Positions 57,765 through 64,000 of a stretch of 64,000 nucleotides of DNA are shown here, piece by piece. Source of the stretch: an uncultured delta proteobacterium. GTDB lineage: Bacteria; Desulfobacterota; Binatia; DP-6. The stretch lies in assembly GCA_963815115.1 (NCBI GenBank), contig CAWFFN010000005.1:128001-192000 (forward strand), in the 5' to 3' direction. Position numbers and translations under genes: made by a program. Every line of letters starts with the position of its first letter. Within the stretch, counting starts at the first letter, position 1. The notes below the pieces were generated by a model that had not been told where the DNA came from, did not search any database, and saw only the letters and a program-made list of their open reading frames with translations.

Positions 57765-58214
57765 TCACCCTTGCGGCGTCACGGCTTGCGGGCTCAGGTG
57801 CTCCGTCAGGGCCGCGATGGTCACCGCGCCGCCCTCCCGTGCCCGGTCCATCACCTGGACCACGAAGCCATAAGGCGCGTGGTCGTCGGCATCGAAGAAG
57901 AGCACGTGATCGCTGCGCGCGGCGAAGACCCGCCGCAGCCGCTCCGGGAGCTCCTCGGAGGTGACGGGGCTGCCGTTGATCTCGAGTGCACGATCGGGGC
58001 CGATCCGGAGGACGAGCGGCTGGCTCGGATCGGATGCCGGGACGGCCACCTGCTCCTGCTCCTGGAGCGGCGTGTGGATCCAGAAGGTCTTGCTGAGGAG
58101 CGGCGTGATCACCATGAAGATGATCAGCAGGACGAGCACCACGTCGACCAGCGGCGTGACGTTCATCTGGGGAACGACGGCGGCATCATCCCGCTCGCTC
58201 GCGGTCATCGCCAT
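57765..58214 (-). CDS. exbD: biopolymer transporter ExbD/TolR (copy 2)
   Basis: MNVTPLVDVVLVLLIIFMV and DAD..PYG.VV.VMD. Confidence 0.9.
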   Translation of the reverse strand: MAMTASERDDAAVVPQMNVTPLVDVVLVLLIIFMVITPLLSKTFWIHTPLQEQEQVAVPASDPSQPLVLRIGPDRALEINGSPVTSEELPERLRRVFAARSDHVLFFDADDHAPYGFVVQVMDRAREGGAVTIAALTEHLSPQAVTPQG

Positions 58215-58218
58215 GCCC

Positions 58219-58680
58219 CTACCCCGCGGTGTCGTTCGGGTGGGCGGGCTCGTCGTGGCGATGCTTCTCGCCGACCATGAGCGCCATGCCGGGGAAGCCC
58301 ACCTTCTGGGCGCGGGCGAAGAGCTCCCGCACGTCGCCATACGGCAGGTCCTGGTCGGCCCGGAGGATCAACCGCCGGAGCGGATCGGCGGCGTGCGCGG
58401 CACCGAGGCGCTCGATGGCCCCGTCGAGATCGTAGCGCTGGTCGTCGATGAAGAACTCGCCGCTACGCGCCACGGTGACCTTGAGGGCGTCCGCCATGGC
58501 GTCGACGTCGGGATCGGGATTGAAGATCCCCGGCAGGTTGACCTGCACGTCCTGCTCGAGCCGGGGCGCCACCACCATGAAGATGATCAGCAGCACGAGC
58601 ACGACGTCGACCAGCGGGGTGACGTTGATGTCGGGCCGGACGCTGTTCTCCGACGTCTCCGGGCGCCGACGGCTCGTCAC
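58219..58680 (-). CDS. exbD: biopolymer transporter ExbD/TolR (copy 1)
   Basis: INVTPLVDVVLVLLIIFMV and RADQDLPYG. Confidence 0.9.
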   Translation of the reverse strand: MTSRRRPETSENSVRPDINVTPLVDVVLVLLIIFMVVAPRLEQDVQVNLPGIFNPDPDVDAMADALKVTVARSGEFFIDDQRYDLDGAIERLGAAHAADPLRRLILRADQDLPYGDVRELFARAQKVGFPGMALMVGEKHRHDEPAHPNDTAG

Positions 58681-59363
58681 GATCCACCACCCGGGGCGCC
58701 GTGTCCCCACCCCTCGATGCGATCCGCCAGCTCGCCCGCCGCGTCCGTGAGCGCCAGCTGATCCTGCGAGATGCGCGTCGCGAGGTAGTGGAAGGCGAGG
58801 ACGGAGGGGATGGCGACGGCCAGCCCCAGGGCCGTCACGATGAGCGCTTCGGCGATGCCTGCCGAGACCGACGACAGGCCGCCCGAGCCGGTCGCGGCGA
58901 TGCCCTGAAACGCGGCGATGATGCCGAGGACGGTGCCGAGCAGACCGACGAAGGGCGCCACGGAACCCACCGCGGCGAGGACGGGGAGTCCGCGTTTCAT
59001 CTCGGCGACGAGGAGGTCGACGCGCCGGTCGAGACGCCGGCGCGTGCGCTCGACGGGCGTGAGCCCCTGGTTGTCGATGTCGGCCAGCGCCGCCTGGTAG
59101 GTCGAGAGGCCGGTTTCCACGAGCCGCGCGAGATACCCGGCCCGGTGGGCATTGGCCTCGGAGATCACCTCCGCCAGCGCGGAGGGGACGATCCCCTCAC
59201 CCACGTGGGCCGCAAAGCGGCGCGAGACCTTCCTCGCACGACGCAGCGTCAGCAGACGCTCGACGAAGACCGTCAGCGACGCGACGCCCATGAGAAGCAA
59301 CAGCCCTGTCACGATGAGCGCCGGGGCGCCCATGTGCTGCCAGATCTCGTTCCAGTTGAACAC
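58677..59363 (-). CDS. exbB: MotA/TolQ/ExbB proton channel
   Basis: APFVGLLGTVLGII and GIAEALIVTALGL. Confidence 0.92.
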   Translation of the reverse strand: MFNWNEIWQHMGAPALIVTGLLLLMGVASLTVFVERLLTLRRARKVSRRFAAHVGEGIVPSALAEVISEANAHRAGYLARLVETGLSTYQAALADIDNQGLTPVERTRRRLDRRVDLLVAEMKRGLPVLAAVGSVAPFVGLLGTVLGIIAAFQGIAATGSGGLSSVSAGIAEALIVTALGLAVAIPSVLAFHYLATRISQDQLALTDAAGELADRIEGWGHGAPGGGS

Positions 59364-59384
59364 GCGGTCGATGTCCTCTCCTGC

Positions 59385-60191
59385 TCACGTGAGCTTGAAG
59401 GTGACCTGGAAGGTCTTGTACACGCTGATCGCCTGGCCCTTGAATCGCGCCGGCTCGTATCTCCAGGTCTTCACGGTATTGACGGCGGCGCTGGCGAACG
59501 GCTCGTCTCCGCGCACCACGCGCACCTTGTCGACGCTGCCGTCGGCCAGGACCACGATCTCCAGCACCACCACGCCGGTCCGTCCGTCCGCCCGCGCCTG
59601 CTGCGGATAGGGCGGGATGGCGTTGCTGCTCTTCGGCCGCGGCGGGATGGCGTCGTCCGGAAGCTCGATGGCGCCCCCGGCCACGCCGCCGACCACCCCG
59701 CCCTGCGTCGTGCCGCCCTCGAGGCCGGTGGGATCCTGCTTGCCCTCGTCGCCCAGCGCCGCCACCCCCTTGTCCTGGCTGGGATCGGCCTCGGGCGGCG
59801 GTTCCTTCGGCATCCGGCGCGGCGCGACCATCGGCTTGGGCGGCGGCGGCTTCTCCAGCCGCCGCACGGTCAGATGCGGAGGGACCACCGGGGCGGCAGC
59901 CGCCGCGGGAGGTTGCGGCTTCGCCTCCGGCTTCGGCGGAGGCGGCGGGGGCGGCGGCGGCTCGGGCTGCGCGATCTTCTCGACGAACGTGACGTCCACC
60001 ACCTTCTGGGCCAGCCGGACCACGGGCGCGCCGCCGAAGAGGACGATGGCCGCGACGGCCGAGCCGTAGACGGCCGACGAGACCAGCAGCGAGACGAGCC
60101 ACCGGCGCGAGCGCCGGCGCCGCTCGGGCGCGAATGCACCGAACGGCGACGACGCCCAGATCTCCTCGACACGATGCGCAGGAACCGCCAT
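59385..60191 (-). CDS. tonB: energy transducer TonB
   Basis: TM anchor, poly-Pro linker, PPYP..AR..G..G.V.LE and W.YEPA C-terminal domain. Confidence 0.9.
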   Translation of the reverse strand: MAVPAHRVEEIWASSPFGAFAPERRRRSRRWLVSLLVSSAVYGSAVAAIVLFGGAPVVRLAQKVVDVTFVEKIAQPEPPPPPPPPPKPEAKPQPPAAAAAPVVPPHLTVRRLEKPPPPKPMVAPRRMPKEPPPEADPSQDKGVAALGDEGKQDPTGLEGGTTQGGVVGGVAGGAIELPDDAIPPRPKSSNAIPPYPQQARADGRTGVVVLEIVVLADGSVDKVRVVRGDEPFASAAVNTVKTWRYEPARFKGQAISVYKTFQVTFKLT

Positions 60192-60217
60192 GGCGCAGTC
60201 TCGACTCACACTGTCCT

Positions 60218-62623
60218 TCAGGGGGTCGCCGTCGCCACCTGAGGTGCGGCGAGGAACGGCAGCGGGATGTTGACGCCGGCGTAGAAGGCTCGCCGGGGAC
60301 CGAACTGCGTCGACTGGACGCCGATGCCGGTGCCGTTGCGGATCTGGTACACCATGTCGGCGACGTTCACGACTGCGCCGCGCAGCCTGACCTCTCCGAA
60401 GTAGGGGACGGGGATGGCCTTCTCGATGCCGAGGTCGGCCTGGACGTAGTACGGCAGGTGATCGGTGTTGGCGAACCCGGAGCGCAGGCCGCTGGCCGCG
60501 ATGATCGTCGCCGTGAAGAGGAATCCGCGGTAGCGGTAGGCCGCGCCGACGCTGCTCGTGTACGTCTGGTCGTGATCGAGATGGACGAAGTGCCTCCTGA
60601 TGAAGGCCAGCTCGTCGGGATCGAAGTTGAACTGGGCCGAGGTCACTTCCTTGCCCAGCGCCTTCGAGTACGCGAAGTTGGCGTAGCCCGAAAAGGCGTC
60701 CCGGGTGTAGCTCGCCGTCGCCTCGACACCGAAGATCTGCCCCGACTGGTAGTTGAACGGTGAGATGACGAGGGCCTGGCCGAACTGGCCTTCGTCGAGC
60801 AGGTGGTTGTCGGTTCTGTAGTAGGCGTCCGCTCCCAGGGTCAGGCCCGGCAGGAGCTGGTGGTTGGCGCCGATGTCGTAGTAGTTCGTGGTGTCCGGCA
60901 CGGTTACCGTGTTGACGTTCGACCGCACGGCGTTGGTCGTGTTCCTGAACTTGGCGATGTCGGTAACCTGGACCAGCTCGGGCGCCGGCGGAGTGAAGTA
61001 GCGGGAGTAGCCCGCGTGCAGGACCGTGTGGTCCGTGAGCTTGTACGACAGCGCGAGGCGGGGACTCACCTGGTGTCGCTTGGTGAACGCCGTCACCCGG
61101 TCCAGCCGTACGCCGGCGTTCACCGTGAGCGGCTCGAGCGGCCGCCATTCGTCCTGAAGATAGACTCCGTACTGCCACTCGGTCACGTGGCTGTTGTCGA
61201 TGACCGTGAAGGGCACGTTGCTGGTCTGCATGCCCGAGGAATCGGCGGGGAAGACGCTGGAGTTGTTCTTCACGTCGGAGCGGTTGCCCTGGAAGACGAA
61301 CCCCCCGCGCAGCGTCTGCGTGTCCGTGAGCTTGTAGCTCGAATCCGTCTGCATGCCGTTGGCGAAGCTGCTCCGCACGACGTTGGAGGCGACGCCGAGG
61401 AAGATCAGGTCGCCCTCAGGGTCGGGGTCGTAGGCCAGGCGCGAGTATCGGCTGAACGCGGCGGTCTGGTAGTCCAGCTTCCCGTCCAGGGCCGTCCCCT
61501 GCAGGGCGAGCACGTTGTAGTAGTTTTCTTCCTTCTGGGATTCCTGTACGTCGACGGAGGGAAAGTTGGAGACTCCCTCCAGCGTGAAGGCGGGCGGCAC
61601 GTTGCGTGCCGCGGGAATGCCGAAGGCCGCGACCGACGTCCCGCTCAGGAAGGCGACGCGGGTGTTGGGGTTCAGGAGATACGACAGATACGCGAAGTAG
61701 CGGCCCTGATTGGTCTCGCCGTTGATCGGGGTGGGGCCCGCCGTCGGCGGCTCGATGAACCTGTCGCTCCGGAAGTACGAGCCCGTGCCGTAGTAGCTGA
61801 GCGCCCCCGACGTCCCGCCGAACTCGAGCGTGGGTGTGAACGTGCCACGCTGGCCACCGTACAGGTCGAGCGAGCCGCCGGCATTCGTGAGTCCGGTCTT
61901 GGTCTGGATGTCGACGACGCCGGCCGTGCGGAATCCGTACTCCGCGGGCAGCGCGCCGGTCAGAAAGTCGATCGTGTTGGCGAAGCGGGGCGTGAGGGTC
62001 TGGGTGAAACCGTTGATTCCCTCCGGCAGCGCGATCCCGTTGACCCGGTACTGGAGATTCCCGTGGTCGCCGCGGACGTGCACCTGCCCGAAGGAGTCCT
62101 GCACCACGCCTGGCGCTTGGAGCAGAACCTGGTTCAGCGGAGTGTTCTGGCCTTGCGGAAGCTCCTGGATGGTCTGCTGGTTGAAGTGATACACGCTGCC
62201 GCCGACGGTCGTGTAGACGTCGTTCCGCGCCCGGTCGAGGCGCTTGGCGATGACGACGATGTCCTCCGCCTGCTCCGCCTCCAGGGTGAGCGCGACGGTC
62301 GTCTCCGGCGCGGTGCCGACCACGGCCTCGGCGGTCGTGACCTGCAGCCCCTTTTTCCGTGCGACCAGCGTGTAGGTCCCCGGCGCGATCGGTGGGGTCA
62401 CGAAGTGACCCGATGCATCGCTCTCGGCGCGCGCGACGACGCGCCCGTCGGATGTCTCGACTCGGATCAGTGCTCCCGCGACGGGTTGCCCCGACGCGTC
62501 CTTGGTGGTGCCGGCTATCTTGTGTCTCCCTGGAGCTGCCCGTTCGGCCGCTCGAAGTGGTGGTACAGAAGCGACGTGAAGCAGCGCGGCTGCCAGCAGC
62601 AACCGCACGCCATGAATGCGCAT
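60218..62623 (-). CDS. TonB-dependent receptor with an N-terminal carboxypeptidase-regulatory-like domain
   Basis: Signal peptide, plug LLQAPGV..HVRGDHGN..YRVNG, LPAEYG.RTAGVVDI, and beta-barrel strands (VYLQDEW, VNAGVRLD, SPRLALSY). Confidence 0.92.
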   Translation of the reverse strand: MRIHGVRLLLAAALLHVASVPPLRAAERAAPGRHKIAGTTKDASGQPVAGALIRVETSDGRVVARAESDASGHFVTPPIAPGTYTLVARKKGLQVTTAEAVVGTAPETTVALTLEAEQAEDIVVIAKRLDRARNDVYTTVGGSVYHFNQQTIQELPQGQNTPLNQVLLQAPGVVQDSFGQVHVRGDHGNLQYRVNGIALPEGINGFTQTLTPRFANTIDFLTGALPAEYGFRTAGVVDIQTKTGLTNAGGSLDLYGGQRGTFTPTLEFGGTSGALSYYGTGSYFRSDRFIEPPTAGPTPINGETNQGRYFAYLSYLLNPNTRVAFLSGTSVAAFGIPAARNVPPAFTLEGVSNFPSVDVQESQKEENYYNVLALQGTALDGKLDYQTAAFSRYSRLAYDPDPEGDLIFLGVASNVVRSSFANGMQTDSSYKLTDTQTLRGGFVFQGNRSDVKNNSSVFPADSSGMQTSNVPFTVIDNSHVTEWQYGVYLQDEWRPLEPLTVNAGVRLDRVTAFTKRHQVSPRLALSYKLTDHTVLHAGYSRYFTPPAPELVQVTDIAKFRNTTNAVRSNVNTVTVPDTTNYYDIGANHQLLPGLTLGADAYYRTDNHLLDEGQFGQALVISPFNYQSGQIFGVEATASYTRDAFSGYANFAYSKALGKEVTSAQFNFDPDELAFIRRHFVHLDHDQTYTSSVGAAYRYRGFLFTATIIAASGLRSGFANTDHLPYYVQADLGIEKAIPVPYFGEVRLRGAVVNVADMVYQIRNGTGIGVQSTQFGPRRAFYAGVNIPLPFLAAPQVATATP

Positions 62624-62731
62624 GGGCAAGGCCCTCTCCTCGGCATCGGACGTCGACTCGGTGAGCGGCCTGGCGAACCGTCCACGGCAGGCCGCGACGG
62701 CAGCCGAGATGGCCGCTCGGATGCGAGCGGC

Positions 62732-63055
62732 TCAGGCCGATGCGGGCGGGCCTCGCCCGGGAGGCGAGGAGAGCGCGGTTGAGCACCACGTGACGCGTGG
62801 CGGCCCCGCGACGGTCTCGACTATGCCTTGCGCATGCTGAAGCGGCCGCGAGGCCGAGGAAGCGAGCGGGCTGTGGGCGGCGAATGCGCACAGGGAGCAG
62901 GAGGGAGCGGCCGAGTCCGCGGCCCGGGCCACCCCGCAGGTCGCGGGGAGGGAATGGCTGTGCGCCGCGACAGCCAGCTGGGCGGCCAGCAGGAACACGC
63001 CCCCCAGGAGGGCGCCGAACCGCCGGCCTCCACGCCCACGGAGAGCGGCGAGCAC
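62732..63055 (-). CDS. DUF2946-like leader protein (TM/signal, HxH, CxxC, C-terminal RGPP)
   Basis: RRFGALLGGVFLLAAQLAVAAHSH...SCSLC...AHSP...GRGPPASA*, directly upstream of the TonB-dependent receptor; start codon uncertain. Confidence 0.7.
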   Translation of the reverse strand: MLAALRGRGGRRFGALLGGVFLLAAQLAVAAHSHSLPATCGVARAADSAAPSCSLCAFAAHSPLASSASRPLQHAQGIVETVAGPPRVTWCSTALSSPPGRGPPASA

Positions 63056-63299
63056 CCGGGAGCCGGGACGCCGGTGTGGGCTGTGCAAGCGAAGGACGGT
63101 CACGATTCGTTGGGGGGCGCTTGGTCGACCCCCAGACGCGCAGCTACACCTCCGAAGCGGAGCAGTCAACGCGCGCGACGCGGCCCAGTGGTCGGCCGTC
63201 GGCGGAGGATGCAGGTTCCCCGTGGATCTTCCGGAACGTCGGGCGGCATCCTCGAGAAAGGCGCTCGCGAAGGACGATGGCGGGCCGCCGCGTCGTTGC

Positions 63300-63330
63300 T
63301 TGCAAATACTCTACTCCAGTATGCTATCAT
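63300..63330 (+). promoter_or_regulatory. promoter with an RcnR/CsoR-type operator
   Basis: TTGCAA (63300-05), inverted repeat ATACT-CTACTCC-AGTAT (63306-22) and extended -10 TGcTATCAT (63322-30). Confidence 0.65.
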
Positions 63331-63342
63331 CCGCCCGGGATC

Positions 63343-63645
63343 ATGGCGCACACGATCAGGGACAAGCAGAAGCTGATCAATCGGGTCCGTCGGATCCGCG
63401 GCCAGATCGAGGCGATCGAGAAGGCGCTCGGGGAGGAGCGCGAGTGCTCTCTCATTCTCCAAACGATCGCGGCCACCCGGGGCGCGATCAACGGGCTCAT
63501 GGGCGAGGTCGTCGAGGACCAGATCCGGGTCCACGTCGCCGACCCGGGGCGGCTCGCCGCAGCCCGAGGGGCTCGCGCGAGCAGCACGCGACAAGCGAAG
63601 GACGCCGAGGACCTGATCGCGGTGATCAAGACGTACCTCAAGTAG
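63343..63645 (+). CDS. RcnR/CsoR/FrmR family metal-sensing repressor
   Basis: MAHTIRDKQKL..R..RI.GQ, Cys35, IAA.RGAINGLM, His64 and C-terminal YLK. Confidence 0.92.
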   Translation: MAHTIRDKQKLINRVRRIRGQIEAIEKALGEERECSLILQTIAATRGAINGLMGEVVEDQIRVHVADPGRLAAARGARASSTRQAKDAEDLIAVIKTYLK

Positions 63646-63673
63646 GCGGGGAGCGAGGCCCGGAGGTCCCACC

Positions 63674-64000
63674 ATGACGCGCATCGGCCTGGTGGCGCTC
63701 GCCACCGCGGCGGTCTGGCGGCGCCTCTGGGAGCCGTTCCCGCGCCTGAGCGTCATCGGCCTGACGGCGGCGCTCGCCGGCGGCTTTCCGATCTTGCGGG
63801 AGGCATTCTCCTCGCTGCGCGCGCGCCGGATGACGATGGAGCTGTCGATGACGATCGCCGTCGGCGCGGCGCTGGCGATCGGCGAGTTCTTCACCGCGCT
63901 CGTGATCCTCCTCTTCGTCCTGATCGCGGAGGTGCTGGAGGGGCTGACCGTCGGCCGCGGCCGCCGCGCGATCAAGGACCTGCTCGATTTCCTGCCGCGC
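63674..64000 (+). CDS. heavy-metal P1B-type ATPase, 5' part (truncated by the window end)
   Basis: GGFPILREA..LRARRMTMELSMTIA..AALAIGEFFTA..I.LFVL.AE.LE.LT..RGRRAI..LL..LP is the N-terminal TM region of P1B ATPases. Confidence 0.8.
   Translation, partial: MTRIGLVALATAAVWRRLWEPFPRLSVIGLTAALAGGFPILREAFSSLRARRMTMELSMTIAVGAALAIGEFFTALVILLFVLIAEVLEGLTVGRGRRAIKDLLDFLPR

Overview
Very GC-rich (roughly 70%, by eye) bacterial chromosomal segment. The gene content and the Thr-linker, Cys-rich secreted proteins resemble uncultured soil 'Deltaproteobacteria'/Candidatus Binatia; this is an inference. A housekeeping backbone (larC, dksA, bioFAD, radA, ppiD-like, mreBCD-mrdA-rodA, trxA, ppx-CHAD-sixA) is interrupted by accessory regions. 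(1) 1-6.4 kb is a fluoride-response island with three fluoride (crcB-type) riboswitch-like elements. They lie upstream of an MFS transporter, a cation:proton antiporter, and an operon in which a dynamin-like GTPase overlaps the Fluc/CrcB gene, followed by a DUF190-CBS fusion. The island lies beyond the 3' end of tRNA-Ala(CGC), next to an integrase C-terminal relic and a Mor-like regulator. (2) A ~95-bp two-hairpin repeat family has five copies, including a CTAG-bounded MITE-like inverted pair; there is also a degenerate IS1380 transposase. (3) Gene debris lies beyond the 3' end of tRNA-Leu(CAA). (4) At 57.8-64 kb, a TonB-dependent receptor-tonB-exbB-exbD-exbD operon is led by a DUF2946-like CxxC/RGPP leader ORF and is divergent from an RcnR-like repressor (His60 replaced by Gln, with a TACT-N7-AGTA operator) and a P1B ATPase. 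Several uncharacterised exported metallo/redox proteins are also present: a PHM/DBH-like copper monooxygenase, a CX4CH cytochrome-DUF1800-DUF1501 operon and a Tat-signal HisC-like aminotransferase. All calls come from reading motifs by eye; no database searches were run.
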